The notes: generated from the letters alone by a model not told the origin. A stretch of 64,000 bases of DNA from Patescibacteria group bacterium (GCA_030549895.1 JAUQQM010000002.1:1037-65036), one strand, 5' to 3'; numbered from the stretch's first letter, positions 43,753-56,596 are shown. Made by a program: numbers and translations.

Positions 43753-44545
43753 AATAATTAACTAATAAGTTTAAAAATTGAATTTTTGGATTAAGGTTAT
43801 AACTTCTAAGATTATGAAAAGTTTCTAATAAGAATTCAACTCTTTGAAAATTATAATCTGAAAATTCCTTCATTTTCTCTCTTTCTTTTTGAATTAAAAA
43901 AACTATAAGAGTTAAGAGCTTTTCCTTATCGATATCTTCCATTTTATAAAGCTTCCAAATATTACCTTTATTTTTAATATTAAGAAAAGTATCAATAAAA
44001 GCTATAAAATCAGACTCGAGAACCCTTTTTACCATTCCTGGTTGATGAGGATAAATACTTAAAGCTATCTCTAATTTTTTTTCATCATAACCTTGTTTTT
44101 TAAAGAAAATTTTTATTTCTCCTCTATCAACACCAGAAAATTTAAATATCTGACATCTTGATTGAATAGTTTTTAAAACATAACCAAGAAAAGAAACTAT
44201 AAGAATGATTACATTTCTTTTATGAAAGTCTTCTAAATTTTTAAGAAATGCATTTTGAGCTTCTTTTGTTGCTAAATCAAAATTATCTATGATTACTATT
44301 TTTCTATCTTTAAGTGGCTTTTTTAAAAGAAATTCATTTATCTCTTTAATATCATCTATTCCCAGAGAATCTTTCTGAATTATCCTGGTGTCATGAGGAT
44401 CAAAATTCAAGGCTAAAGATTTTGCAAAAGAAAATTTACCTACTCCTTCAGGCCCGTAAAAAATAAAATTACCATCAAAATTTTTATGCAAAATTAAATT
44501 TTCTAGTCTTTCTCTTATAAGTCTATTGCCTAGTAAAATTTCCAT
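43745..44545 (-). CDS. holB: DNA polymerase III delta-prime subunit (short)
   Basis: 266 aa with FYGPEGVGKFSFAKSLA and the SRCQ motif (TIQSRCQIFKF). Confidence 0.75.
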   Translation of the reverse strand: MEILLGNRLIRERLENLILHKNFDGNFIFYGPEGVGKFSFAKSLALNFDPHDTRIIQKDSLGIDDIKEINEFLLKKPLKDRKIVIIDNFDLATKEAQNAFLKNLEDFHKRNVIILIVSFLGYVLKTIQSRCQIFKFSGVDRGEIKIFFKKQGYDEKKLEIALSIYPHQPGMVKRVLESDFIAFIDTFLNIKNKGNIWKLYKMEDIDKEKLLTLIVFLIQKEREKMKEFSDYNFQRVEFLLETFHNLRSYNLNPKIQFLNLLVNYYG

Positions 44546-44548
44546 AAT

Positions 44549-45544
44549 TCAGAAATTAAAAACTCTCTTATAAACATCAAGTTTTTCCATTATAATACCT
44601 GTCCCTCGAGCAACACAAAATATAGGTTCTTCAGCTACATGAACTGGAATTTTTGTTGCGTTACTTATTAAAACATCTAGGTCTTTTACTAAAGCTCCTC
44701 CACCAGAAAGAACAATTCCTTGATTCATAATATCAGCTACAAGCTCTGGTGGGGTGAAAGAAAGTACTTTTTTGATTTCATTTAAAATTTGATTAAGATC
44801 TCTGGTTATTGCCTCAGCTATCTCATTAGAAGTTATTTTTATAGTTTTTGGAAGGCCAGTAGCCATATCAACACCAGTAATTTCATCAGTTTCAAATTTA
44901 TTTTTCTTTACAATAGCCGAACTTATCTTTATCTTTACTTTCTCTGCTGTCTGCTCACCTATTATAAGAGCATAATTTCTTCTAAAATAGTCCATAATAG
45001 AAGCATCAAATTTGTCTCCAGCAACCCTTAGAGAACTAAAAGTAACTATTCCACCTAAAGAAATTACAGCTATCTCAGTAGTTCCTCCACCAATATTGAC
45101 TATCATGTTACCTATCGAAGCATTAATAGGAAGACCAGCTCCAATTGCTGCCAGAAGCGGTTCTTTGATAGGCCAGACATTTTTTGCCCCAGCTTCAAGG
45201 GCTGCATCAATAATTGCTCTTTTTTCTGCTGAACTTATACCAGCAGGAACAGAAATAATAACTTCTGGTTTAGTAAAACTAAAGGGACTTTTTACTTTTG
45301 AGATGAAATATTTCAAAATAGCAAGAGTAACTTTATAGTCAGCAATAACTCCTTCTTTTAAAGGCCGATAAATTTTAATATCGCCAGGGGTTTTACCAAT
45401 CATTTCTTTTGCTTCTTGCCCAACAGCAATAACCCTTTTTGTTGATTCTTCAACAGCAACTACTGATGGTTCGTTTATAACAACTCCTTTTTTGGGAAGA
45501 AAAACAATTGTATTAGCTGTACCTAAATCTATACCTATTTTCAT
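44549..45544 (-). CDS. mreB: Rod-shape determining protein MreB
   Basis: MKIGIDLGTANT and actin-fold motifs. The start is moved from 45568 to 45544, because the longer form would read through the TGGTATAAT box. Confidence 0.9.
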   Translation of the reverse strand: MKIGIDLGTANTIVFLPKKGVVINEPSVVAVEESTKRVIAVGQEAKEMIGKTPGDIKIYRPLKEGVIADYKVTLAILKYFISKVKSPFSFTKPEVIISVPAGISSAEKRAIIDAALEAGAKNVWPIKEPLLAAIGAGLPINASIGNMIVNIGGGTTEIAVISLGGIVTFSSLRVAGDKFDASIMDYFRRNYALIIGEQTAEKVKIKISSAIVKKNKFETDEITGVDMATGLPKTIKITSNEIAEAITRDLNQILNEIKKVLSFTPPELVADIMNQGIVLSGGGALVKDLDVLISNATKIPVHVAEEPIFCVARGTGIIMEKLDVYKRVFNF

Positions 45545-45554
45545 GCTCTTTAAA

Positions 45555-45563
45555 ATTATACCA
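45555..45563 (-). promoter_or_regulatory. Extended -10 (TGGTATAAT), 10 nt before the mreB ATG at 45544
   Basis: Plus-strand attatacca. Confidence 0.45.
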
Positions 45564-45606
45564 TACAAGAGCTAAAAATTTTCTTCTTTAAGATTTATAA
45601 TAAATT

Positions 45607-47040
45607 ATGATAAAGAAGGAAGACTTAAAAAAAATAGATGAGTTAATCTGGGAAATACCAAGATCATTTAGAGAGGATATGAAAGTTGCAGCGAGATTTT
45701 TTGCTTCTGAAAAAATTTTACCTGAAATTTTTAAAGATAAAAGCCTCTGGCAACTTATTAATTTAACTACTTTACCAGGAATCTATAAATATGCCTTAGC
45801 TATGCCCGATATCCATGAAGGTTATGGTTCGCCAATTGGTGGAGTTGCCTGTTTTGATCTTAAAGAAGGAATAATTTCTCCTGGAATTTGTGGTTATGAT
45901 ATAAATTGTGGCGTAAGATTACTTTTAAGTCCATTTTCTTACGATGAAATAAAAAATAAAATTCAAAAAATTACTGAACAAATTTACAAAGAAGTACCTT
46001 CTGGTGTGGGTCAAGGCGGTTGGTGGAATTTAAATGAAAACGAAATGGAAAATATCCTTTACTGGGGAGCTCAATATCTTTTAAAAATTGGTTATGCTCT
46101 CGAAGATGATATAGAAAATACAGAATCAAAAGGTTGTCTTGAGGGAGCTAATCCAGATAAAGTCTCAGATCATGCCAAAAAAAGAGGTAAGGATCAAATA
46201 GGAACAATAGGTGCGGGAAACCATTTTGTAGAAATTCAAAAAGTTCAAGAAATTTATAGTCATGAGGAGGCTAAAGTTCTTGGTTTAGAAAAAGATAGAA
46301 TAACTATTATGATTCACTGTGGCAGTCGAGGATTAGGTCATCAAGTAGCAACTGACTATATAAGAAAAGCAATAAAATATTTAAAAGAAAACAAAATAAA
46401 TCTAGTTGATATTGAGCTTGCTTATTTTCCTTTTGAAAGTAAGGAAGGAAACGATTATTTAGAAGCAATGAAAGCTTCTGCTAATTTCGCTTGGGCAAAT
46501 AGAGAATTTATAGCTTATGAGATAAGAAAAGCATTTAATAAAGTTTTTGGGACTAAACCAGAAGAAATAAAGCAAGTTTATGATGTAGCTCATAACATAG
46601 TAAAAATAGAAGAATATGATGGGAAAAAATTAGTAATCCATAGAAAAGGGGCAACTCGAGCATTTTGGAAAGGTTATGATGAACTTCCTGAAAAATATAA
46701 AAATATTGGCCAACCAACATTAATACCAGGATCAATGGGAACAGCAAGTTATGTTTTAATCGGCCAAATTAAAGCAAAAGAAATTTCTTTTGGAACCGCA
46801 CCCCATGGAGCAGGAAGAGTAATGTCAAGAAATGAAGCTAGAAGAAAAATAGAAGGAAGAGAATTAAAAAAAAGACTTGAGGAAAAAGGAATAGCTGTTG
46901 CTGAGGGAAGTCTTTCTGGATTGGCCGAAGAAGCACCTGAAGCTTATAAAGATGTAAATGAGGTTGTAGAAATTGTTCATCAAATTGGTATTGCCAAAAA
47001 AGTTGCTAAATTAGTACCTCTAGGAGTAATAAAAGGTTAA
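45607..47040 (+). CDS. rtcB: RNA 3'-phosphate ligase RtcB
   Basis: 477 aa with GAGNHF, HCGSRGLGHQ and PHGAGR motifs. TATAAT lies 5 nt upstream. Confidence 0.95.
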   Translation: MIKKEDLKKIDELIWEIPRSFREDMKVAARFFASEKILPEIFKDKSLWQLINLTTLPGIYKYALAMPDIHEGYGSPIGGVACFDLKEGIISPGICGYDINCGVRLLLSPFSYDEIKNKIQKITEQIYKEVPSGVGQGGWWNLNENEMENILYWGAQYLLKIGYALEDDIENTESKGCLEGANPDKVSDHAKKRGKDQIGTIGAGNHFVEIQKVQEIYSHEEAKVLGLEKDRITIMIHCGSRGLGHQVATDYIRKAIKYLKENKINLVDIELAYFPFESKEGNDYLEAMKASANFAWANREFIAYEIRKAFNKVFGTKPEEIKQVYDVAHNIVKIEEYDGKKLVIHRKGATRAFWKGYDELPEKYKNIGQPTLIPGSMGTASYVLIGQIKAKEISFGTAPHGAGRVMSRNEARRKIEGRELKKRLEEKGIAVAEGSLSGLAEEAPEAYKDVNEVVEIVHQIGIAKKVAKLVPLGVIKG

Positions 47041-47863
47041 AAATTAAAATCAATTATCTGGAGTGCTTTATTTTTTAAAGAAATTACAACTTGATTTAAT
47101 ATTTCATAGGGACTATAAGAGGCTGGATTTTCTTGAAGGACTTTTTCTAAAGTTTCTCGCCAGCAAATTCTTAGCTCTGTGTTTATATGAACTATATTTA
47201 TACCACAATCTATTGACTTCTTGATATCTTGACTTGCAATACCAGAACCTCCATGTAAAACTAAAATTGTCTGAGTAAGCTCTTTTATTTTTTTAATTCT
47301 TTCAAAATCAAGATTTGGCTTTGTGATTGTAGAAATTCCATGTAAATTACCTACAGAGATAGCTAAAGCATCCACTTTAGTTTCTTCAACAAAAATTTTA
47401 GCTTTATAAGGGTCGGTTAAATCTTCTTCCTCGATGTTAATTGACTCTTTTATAACTTCTGATTTTCCTTTAATATTCCCTAATTCTCCTTCTATAAAAA
47501 TATCTTTATTTTTTTCTTTAGCATACTCTACAAAATCTTTGGTAATTCGCAAATTTTCCTCAAAAGAAAAATGAGACATATCAAAAGTAATGCTATCATA
47601 ACCTAAAGATAGAGCTTCTTGAGCACTTTCCTTGCTTTTACAATGATCAGCATTTAAAAAAACTTTTGCTCCTTTTTCCCTTTCAAAATCAATTATTTTT
47701 TTAAGTCTTTCGCTTCCAAGATAATTCCTTTCTTTTTCTGAAGCTCCTAAACAAAGCCATACATTTTTTTCTCTTGTAATTTGACAGTAACTTAAAATCT
47801 GTTCTAGAGTAGAAACATTAAAGTGAAAAATATATTTTTGTTTTTTTATTATCTCTTTAATAT

Positions 47864-47867
<4 letters not shown>
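47037..47867 (-). CDS. fba: Class II fructose-1,6-bisphosphate aldolase
   Basis: 276 aa with a TTG start overlapping the atpC stop (TTGA). Motifs: NADHCKS, LHGGSG. Confidence 0.8.
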
Positions 47868-50005
<2,138 letters not shown>

Positions 50006-50012
50006 AAAAAAT

Positions 50013-50021
50013 ATTATAACA
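50013..50021 (-). promoter_or_regulatory. Extended -10 (TGTTATAAT), 7 nt before the efp ATG
   Basis: Plus-strand attataaca. Confidence 0.5.
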
Positions 50022-50040
50022 TAAACAAAATGTTAAAAAT

Positions 50041-50049
50041 TGCTATAAT
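50041..50049 (+). promoter_or_regulatory. Extended -10 (TGCTATAAT), 7 nt before the murC ATG at 50057
   Basis: tgctataat followed by attactt and then ATG. Confidence 0.5.
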
Positions 50050-50056
50050 ATTACTT

Positions 50057-51331
50057 ATGAAAATATATTTTGTTGGTATAAAAGGAACAGGAATGTCTGC
50101 TCTTGCTCTTGTCTACAAAAATCTTGGATATGAAGTTGTTGGCTCGGACGTGAAGGAGTATTTTTTCACTCAAGAAAGTCTTGTGAAAAATAAAATAAAA
50201 TTTTATGAAAATTTTAGTGAAGAAAATATTAAAAAAGAATTGCCCATAAAATTAGCAATAGTTTCAAACGCTTGGCAAAATAACATTGAAACTCAATTTT
50301 TAAAAAAGCTTAAAATAAAAACTTTAACTTATCCAGAAGGAGTAGCAAAAATTTTCAATAAAAGTTTTGGCATAGCTGTTTGTGGAACTCATGGAAAAAC
50401 TACTACTACAGCTTTTTTAGGAAAAATTTTTGAATTAGCAAAAAAGGAAGTAACTGTTCTTGTTGGCTCTCCAGTTAAGGACTGGGGCGGACCAGTTTAC
50501 TTTAGTGGTAAAAAATTCTTTATTTTAGAAGCTGATGAGTACAAAAATGCTTTCTTAAATTACAAACCTAAAGTAATAATTTTAACTTCTCTTGATTATG
50601 ACCACCCAGACTTTTTTAAAACAAAAAAGGAATATAAAGAAAGTTTTTTGAAATTTTTCAGAAATTTAGAAAAACCATCTATTTTGATAAGTTATTATAA
50701 ATTTAAACTGCCAAAAAGAATAAAGCAATTTAAAGTAAAATATAACAAAAATCTGAAATTTGATTTTTTTGCTCCTGGAGATCATTGGCAAAAAAATTTA
50801 CAACTCGTCTATAAGTTCTGCGAGCTTTTTAATCTTCAAAATCAATTTCATTTAGCAACAAAAAATTTTAAGGGGCCATTAAGAAGATTTGATATTTTAA
50901 GCCATGACCCTCTCCTTATTGACGATTACGGTCACACCCCAGAAGAAGTAAGGGCTTTTTATAAAAGTCTTGAAGAAAAATTTAAAAATAAAAAAATATA
51001 TTTTATCTTTCAACCTCATACTTATACCAGAACGAAATTTCTCTTTAAAAAGTTTTTAAAAACATTTAAAGAAATTCTTTCATCAAAAAATATTCAAAAA
51101 TTGATAATTTTTAAAACATTTAGTTCAGCAAGAGAAAAAAGTAATGAAGAAAATAGAAAGGTTGAAGAAAAACTTAAGAATATATCAAAAAAACTTAAAA
51201 AGACGCTTTATTTTGAAAGTGAAGAAAATTTATTAAAATTTTTAAAAAAAATTAAAAATTACAATAACAAACTAATTGCAACTTGTGGTGCTGGCAATAT
51301 CTATAAAGTGCTTTTTAAAATTAAAAACTAA
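50057..51331 (+). CDS. murC: UDP-N-acetylmuramate--L-alanine ligase
   Basis: The start is moved to MKIYFVGIKGTGMSALA. P-loop CGTHGKTTTTAF. Confidence 0.8.
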   Translation: MKIYFVGIKGTGMSALALVYKNLGYEVVGSDVKEYFFTQESLVKNKIKFYENFSEENIKKELPIKLAIVSNAWQNNIETQFLKKLKIKTLTYPEGVAKIFNKSFGIAVCGTHGKTTTTAFLGKIFELAKKEVTVLVGSPVKDWGGPVYFSGKKFFILEADEYKNAFLNYKPKVIILTSLDYDHPDFFKTKKEYKESFLKFFRNLEKPSILISYYKFKLPKRIKQFKVKYNKNLKFDFFAPGDHWQKNLQLVYKFCELFNLQNQFHLATKNFKGPLRRFDILSHDPLLIDDYGHTPEEVRAFYKSLEEKFKNKKIYFIFQPHTYTRTKFLFKKFLKTFKEILSSKNIQKLIIFKTFSSAREKSNEENRKVEEKLKNISKKLKKTLYFESEENLLKFLKKIKNYNNKLIATCGAGNIYKVLFKIKN

Positions 51332-52250
51332 TCTTTTCTTTACCCCTTGGTTCAGCGGTAATTTTTAAAATCTTTGAAAAATAAAGAAGATAAAAAAGGA
51401 AATTAGCTAAAATCCCCAAAATTGTTCCAGCAAAAATAATTATTGACTCATAGAAAAAGAGCAAAATTAAAACAAGAGCGATAAAAATTACTTGTTTTGT
51501 CTTATAAGGAAGTGCTTCGTAATAACTTTTTATAAGAGAGTAGAAAACTTCCTTTAATGGCTCTTTACCAGTAAAATTAGAATTTGTTTTTTTATTGATG
51601 TCTTCTATTATTTCTCTAGCTGGTAAGTGAACATCTATACCAAAAAGATTAATTTTTTTTAAGGAAAGGTATTCTGAAAAACTTTTAGAAAGATCTATAT
51701 CTTTATCTATTTCTTTTAAAAATGGCTGAGAAAAACTTAATAAACTAAAAACTACCTCTTTAGGAAGAAAAAAATTGCCTACCGAGATATCTTTATTTTG
51801 GAAATAAAAAACACTAAAAGCACAGAAGAAAATACCTAAAAAGAGCCATGTCCAAAAATTTTTAAATACTCTTGAAAAAGAAATTTCTATAGTCTTTTTT
51901 TCTTCTCTTTTTGCTAAAGTAAAGGCAAGGCCAAAAAAAATCCAAAATAAAAAGAAACCCAAACTAATTCCAACTGGATTTAATTTTTTAAAATTCAAAA
52001 CAAAAATTGTTGCTGGTAAAATAGCAGAAAAAAGAAGACTTTCCCAAAAACTAAATTGAGGTCCTAAAATCGAACCAATAAAAGATATAAAAAACAAAAG
52101 AATTAAAAGATATAAAAGCGAATCATAATTTAATCTACTTACTATAAAACCGGTTAAAATCAAAAGACCAATAAAGACTATTTCAAATATTAATTTTTTG
52201 ATCAAAGCACTTTCTGAGCTAACCTTGTTGGCCATAAAAGTCTTTCCCAA
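51321..52250 (-). CDS. Hypothetical polytopic membrane protein
   Basis: 309 aa with about 8 TM segments. Its start lies inside the dnaK 3' end. Confidence 0.5.
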   Translation of the reverse strand: MGKTFMANKVSSESALIKKLIFEIVFIGLLILTGFIVSRLNYDSLLYLLILLFFISFIGSILGPQFSFWESLLFSAILPATIFVLNFKKLNPVGISLGFFLFWIFFGLAFTLAKREEKKTIEISFSRVFKNFWTWLFLGIFFCAFSVFYFQNKDISVGNFFLPKEVVFSLLSFSQPFLKEIDKDIDLSKSFSEYLSLKKINLFGIDVHLPAREIIEDINKKTNSNFTGKEPLKEVFYSLIKSYYEALPYKTKQVIFIALVLILLFFYESIIIFAGTILGILANFLFYLLYFSKILKITAEPRGKEKISF

Positions 52251-54027
52251 TTTGACTTATCAAATTAGAAAGTTCTTTAACTAAATTCTCTAAAAGCTCT
52301 AAATCATCTCTATTTTTTGCTTCATTTATTCTCTCTATAACATCTTCTATTTTTCTTTTAAGATCTTCAGAAATTTTATCTTTATACTCATTTAAAAATT
52401 TTCTAGCACTATAAACTAAAGAGTCTGCTTGATTTTTCATTTCCGCAAGCTTTTTTTTCTGAGCATCCTGTTGAGCATACATTTCTGCTTCTTTTTTAAG
52501 TCTTTCAATTTCTTCTTTTGAAAGCTGAGTTGAGGCTTCAATTCTTATTGATTGAGCTTTACCAGTAGCTTTATCCTTGGCTGTGACTGTAAGAATACCA
52601 TTAACATCAACATCAAAAGTCACTTCTATTTGAGGAACTCCTCTTGGAGCAGGTGGAATACCATCTAAAATAAATCTTCCTAAGGTTTTATTGTCACTTG
52701 CCATTGGTCTTTCTCCTTGAACAACATGAATTTCAACTTGAGTTTGGTTATCTTCAGCAGTAGTAAAAATTTCAGTTTTTGAAGCTGGAATTGGCGTATT
52801 TCTTGGTATCATCGGATGAGCAATTCCTCCAAGAGTCTCAATAGCCAAAGTAAGAGGAATAACATCTAAAAGAAGAATATCTCTTACATCTCCTTGTAAA
52901 ATTCCTGCTTGAATTGCTGCCCCAATAGCAACAACTTCATCTGGATTAATATCTTTATATGGTTCTTTTTTGAAAAATTCTCTAACTTTTTGAATTATAA
53001 GAGGCATCCTTGTCTGTCCACCAACTAAAACTACCTCATCAATGTCAGAAGGTTTTAGGCCAGCTGAATCTAAAGTTTTTTTAACTTCTTCTATAGACTT
53101 TTCTATAAGATCATAAGAAAGTTCTTCTAATTTTGCTCTGGTAAGTTTATAGTATAAATGCTTTGGACCAGATGGATCATAAGTTATAAATGGAAGATTT
53201 ATTTCTGTCTCGTAGACGCTAGAAAGTTCTTGTTTTGCTTTTTCAGCTGCTTCTTTTATTCTTTGCATTGCCAAAAGGTCGTTTCTAAGATCTATTCCAT
53301 TTTCTTTTAAAAATTCTTCTATCAAAAAGTTAATAATTCTGTTATCTATATCGTCTCCGCCTAAATGAGTATCTCCACCAATAGCAATTGTCTGAATAAT
53401 ATCCTCTCCTATCTCTAAAATTGAAACATCAAATGTTCCGCCACCAAAATCATAAACTAAAATTTTCTCATGTTTCTTTTTATCAAGACCATAAGCAAGA
53501 GCAGCTGCTGTTGGTTCAGGTAAGATTCTTCTTACATTAAAACCAGCTATCTCACCAGCATTTTTTGTTGCTTGCCTTTGGGCCTCATCAAAGTAGGCAG
53601 GGACAGTAATTACCGCATCAGTAATTCTTTCTCCTAATTTTGATTCAGCATCAAGCTTCATCTTTTGCAAAATCATAGAAGAAATTTCTTCTGGAGTATA
53701 CCAACGATCACCCATTTTCACTACTACCCCACCTGTATCTGACTTTTTAATCTCATAAGGTAAAATTTTAAGATCTTTTTGAACTTCAGGATCTTCAAAT
53801 CTTCTACCTATAAGTCTTTTTACAGAAAATATTGTATTTTTAGGGTTAGCTACAGCTTGCCTCTTTGCTAATATCCCAACTAATCTTTCCCCACTTTTAG
53901 AAATAGCAACAACAGAGGGTGTAAGACGAGATCCCTCTGCATTTTCTATAATCTTTGGCACACCACTAACAATGTGTGCCATTACTGAGTTTGTTGTCCC
54001 TAAATCAATACCTATAATTTTTGCCAT
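52219..54027 (-). CDS. dnaK: Chaperone DnaK (Hsp70)
   Basis: 602 aa with [18 protein letters not shown]-type and [10 protein letters not shown] motifs. Confidence 0.97.
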   Translation of the reverse strand: MAKIIGIDLGTTNSVMAHIVSGVPKIIENAEGSRLTPSVVAISKSGERLVGILAKRQAVANPKNTIFSVKRLIGRRFEDPEVQKDLKILPYEIKKSDTGGVVVKMGDRWYTPEEISSMILQKMKLDAESKLGERITDAVITVPAYFDEAQRQATKNAGEIAGFNVRRILPEPTAAALAYGLDKKKHEKILVYDFGGGTFDVSILEIGEDIIQTIAIGGDTHLGGDDIDNRIINFLIEEFLKENGIDLRNDLLAMQRIKEAAEKAKQELSSVYETEINLPFITYDPSGPKHLYYKLTRAKLEELSYDLIEKSIEEVKKTLDSAGLKPSDIDEVVLVGGQTRMPLIIQKVREFFKKEPYKDINPDEVVAIGAAIQAGILQGDVRDILLLDVIPLTLAIETLGGIAHPMIPRNTPIPASKTEIFTTAEDNQTQVEIHVVQGERPMASDNKTLGRFILDGIPPAPRGVPQIEVTFDVDVNGILTVTAKDKATGKAQSIRIEASTQLSKEEIERLKKEAEMYAQQDAQKKKLAEMKNQADSLVYSARKFLNEYKDKISEDLKRKIEDVIERINEAKNRDDLELLENLVKELSNLISQIGKDFYGQQG

Positions 54028-54028
54028 A

Positions 54029-54448
54029 TTATTTCTTTTGAATCTTTATTTTTTTAACTTTTTCTTTCTTTACTTTTGGAAGGACTATATGCAAAATTCC
54101 ATCCTTATAACTAGCTGAAGCACCTTCGTCAGTAACTTTTGAAGGTAAAGAAACAACTTTTTTAAAAGCACCTCTTTTTATTTCTTTTCTATAGTAATTC
54201 TCTTTTTTTTCTTCTCTTTTTTCTTCGACAGAACCAGAAACTCTTAAAAGGCTATCTTCTACTTCAATTTCTACATTTTCAGTATTAATTCCTGGAATAG
54301 CTAAATCAACATAAACATTTTTATCATCCTCATAAACATCAGCAGCTATCTCTGAGACTTTAAGAGCTGGGAAAAATGGTATTAGTTCTTCTTCAGAGAA
54401 AAATTTTTCTAAATCTCTGAAAAATGGTTCCCATCTTATTATGCTCAT
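54029..54448 (-). CDS. Small heat-shock protein (Hsp20/alpha-crystallin)
   Basis: 139 aa with the alpha-crystallin domain ...FKKVVSLP..V....[13 protein letters not shown]. Confidence 0.9.
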   Translation of the reverse strand: MSIIRWEPFFRDLEKFFSEEELIPFFPALKVSEIAADVYEDDKNVYVDLAIPGINTENVEIEVEDSLLRVSGSVEEKREEKKENYYRKEIKRGAFKKVVSLPSKVTDEGASASYKDGILHIVLPKVKKEKVKKIKIQKK

Positions 54449-54462
54449 AATTTAAAAATAAC

Positions 54463-54486
54463 CCCCTCTTAAAATTTTAAGAGGAG
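54463..54486 (-). terminator. 10-bp hairpin plus U-tract directly after grpE, containing the hsp20 Shine-Dalgarno (terminator/attenuator or RNA thermometer)
   Basis: The mRNA sense is CUCCUCUUAAAAUUUUAAGAGGGG followed by GUUAUUUUUAAAUUAUG. The 3' arm, AAGAGGGG, is the only SD for hsp20. Confidence 0.5.
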
Positions 54487-54487
54487 A

Positions 54488-55012
54488 TTATTTTTCATGA
54501 AATATTACTGAGACTTGAGCTGGTCTTATAACTGTTCCATGTAAAGCATAACCTCTGGCAAAAACTGAAACTATCTTTCCCTCATCTTCACCCTGACATT
54601 CTTTAACTTGGCAAGTTTTTCTTGAAATTGCCTCATGAAATCTTGGATTAAGAATTTCTCCTTCTTTTGGTTCTATAATTTCAAGACCATACTTTTTTAA
54701 AATACCCTCTAATTGACCCTTAATCAAACTAAGGCCTTTTAAAATTTCTTCATCTTTTACATTTTCTAAAGCAAGAACAAAGCTATCAAGAACATTTATA
54801 AGTTCTGACATGATATTGAAATTCGCCAAAAGAATGTATTGTTCCTTTCTTTTTTCTTCTTCTTGCTGATATTTAAGAAAGTCTGCTTTTGCTCTTTGAA
54901 GCCCAGCAAAATATTCTTCTTTTTCTTTCAAAGCCTTATTTAATTCCTCTCTTAATTCCTTTATTGTTTGTTCTAAATTCGGCAATTCTTGTTCTTTTTT
55001 TTCCTCTTCCAT
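54488..55012 (-). CDS. grpE: Nucleotide exchange factor GrpE
   Basis: 174 aa with an N-terminal coiled coil and the C-terminal GrpE pattern ...FHEAI...V...GY.L.G.VIRPA.V.V. Confidence 0.9.
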   Translation of the reverse strand: MEEEKKEQELPNLEQTIKELREELNKALKEKEEYFAGLQRAKADFLKYQQEEEKRKEQYILLANFNIMSELINVLDSFVLALENVKDEEILKGLSLIKGQLEGILKKYGLEIIEPKEGEILNPRFHEAISRKTCQVKECQGEDEGKIVSVFARGYALHGTVIRPAQVSVIFHEK

Positions 55013-55019
55013 AATATAT

Positions 55020-55037
55020 ATTATAATCTATTAGATT
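55020..55037 (-). promoter_or_regulatory. grpE promoter: TATAAT (55020-55025, 7 nt before the ATG) abutted by the 13-nt palindrome AATCTA-N-TAGATT (55025-55037)
   Basis: Plus-strand attataatctattagatt. The palindrome occupies the spacer just upstream of the -10 box. Confidence 0.35.
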
Positions 55038-55044
55038 TTTATTT

Positions 55045-55446
55045 TCAATAAGCTTTAGAAAGCTTATCGGCGAGTTTATTTTCTTTTCTAGGAATGTGAA
55101 TAAAATCAACTTTTTTAAAATCTAAAGTCAAATTGTGAAGCTCAATAAAAAGATCTTTTATATCATCATCTTTAATTTTCCATTTACCAAGCATTTGACT
55201 AACTAAAAGTTGACTATCAGAATGAACTTTTACAGTAAAGTTCTTTACATTTTTTCCAAATATTTGTTTTATCTTTTTAAGAGCAAAAATAGCACTTAAA
55301 TACTCTGCCTGGTTATTTGTTTTTGCTTGGACAGATTTTTTGTAAATTCTTTTTTTCTTTCCATCATCAATAACAACTCCTATTCCAGCACCATTAGAAA
55401 ATGAGCCATCAACCCAAACATTTAGATAGCCTTCAGTTTCTTTCAT
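55045..55446 (-). CDS. rnhA: Ribonuclease HI
   Basis: 133 aa with the DEDD-type pattern (VWVDGS, NNQAEY, HSDSQL, N.LADKL). Confidence 0.85.
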   Translation of the reverse strand: MKETEGYLNVWVDGSFSNGAGIGVVIDDGKKKRIYKKSVQAKTNNQAEYLSAIFALKKIKQIFGKNVKNFTVKVHSDSQLLVSQMLGKWKIKDDDIKDLFIELHNLTLDFKKVDFIHIPRKENKLADKLSKAY

Positions 55447-56582
55447 AATCTAATTATCTCATATCTTAAAGAGAGAAGATCATAAATAATTTTTGCTATT
55501 TTAGCTCCAGCATTTTTAAGGTAAAATTTACTAGCATTAATTTTCATTTGGTTATAAATCTCCTTGTTATTAAGAATTTCCTCTATCTGGAAAAGTAAAA
55601 TATTTGGTTTAAGATTTTCTGGATGAATAACTCTACAAGCACCAGCTTCTTGATACAAAAGAGCGTTTGAGACTTGATGAGGGCCAACTACATCTTCTCT
55701 TAGGGGAATAATAATGCTTGGTATTCCAAAGTAAGAAATTTCAAAAATACTACCACTTCCTGCTCTTGAAATAACTAAAGAAGCTAGATTATAAAACTTA
55801 CCTAATTCTTCCTGACTCAGAAAAGAAAAAACATGGTAAGCTGATGACCTTTTTAAATTTCTAATAGCAAAATAAGCAAGATCTTTAGTTTCTTGAAAAA
55901 GACTAGCACCAGTAAGATGAACGACTTGATATTTTTCTATTAACTTAGGTAAAATTTCTATTATAATTTCGTTTATCTCTCTTGCTCCTTGAGAGCCTCC
56001 CATTATAAGAATGAGTTTTTCATCTTTTGATATATTCATTTTTTTTAGTTCTTCCTCAGAAAATTTATAACTTATAATATCTTCAAAAACTGGCTGGCCA
56101 GTTAAAATAAATTCCTTTTTTTCTTTCCTTGGAAAGTAATCTTTTGTTTTTTCAAAGGAAATTAAAATTTTTTCAGCAAAATACGAAGAAACCTTATTAG
56201 AAAGACCTGGTAAAGAATCAGACTCATGAATTATAACTGGAATTCCAAAAATATAAGCAATTAAATTAACAAAAAAACTAACTGAGCCTCCTTTAGAGAA
56301 AACTAAATTTGGCATTTTAATTAAAAGGGCAAAAAATGTCTTAAGAATTATTAAAGGAATTTTTAAAATATCAAGAAATGTCTTTAAAGAAAAATATCTT
56401 CTTATTTGAAAATCAGCTAGCCAAATTGGTTTTATTTCTTCAAAATTAAATGGAAAGCGCGGTTTTGGACCTAACCAATAAAATTCAACCTCTAAATCAT
56501 ATTTTTTAAATTCCCTAACTATTTGTTTTATTGGTATTAGATGACCACCAGTAGCTCCTCCAGTAAAAAACACTACAAACAT
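55443..56582 (-). CDS. murG: UDP-N-acetylglucosamine--N-acetylmuramyl-(pentapeptide) pyrophosphoryl-undecaprenol GlcNAc transferase
   Basis: 379 aa with GGATGGHLIP and the C-terminal GT-B motif ISRAGSGSIFE. Confidence 0.85.
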   Translation of the reverse strand: MFVVFFTGGATGGHLIPIKQIVREFKKYDLEVEFYWLGPKPRFPFNFEEIKPIWLADFQIRRYFSLKTFLDILKIPLIILKTFFALLIKMPNLVFSKGGSVSFFVNLIAYIFGIPVIIHESDSLPGLSNKVSSYFAEKILISFEKTKDYFPRKEKKEFILTGQPVFEDIISYKFSEEELKKMNISKDEKLILIMGGSQGAREINEIIIEILPKLIEKYQVVHLTGASLFQETKDLAYFAIRNLKRSSAYHVFSFLSQEELGKFYNLASLVISRAGSGSIFEISYFGIPSIIIPLREDVVGPHQVSNALLYQEAGACRVIHPENLKPNILLFQIEEILNNKEIYNQMKINASKFYLKNAGAKIAKIIYDLLSLRYEIIRL

Positions 56583-56587
56583 TCAAA

Positions 56588-56596
56588 ATTATAACA
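56588..56596 (-). promoter_or_regulatory. Extended -10 (TGTTATAAT), 5 nt before the murG ATG
   Basis: Plus-strand attataaca. Confidence 0.5.
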
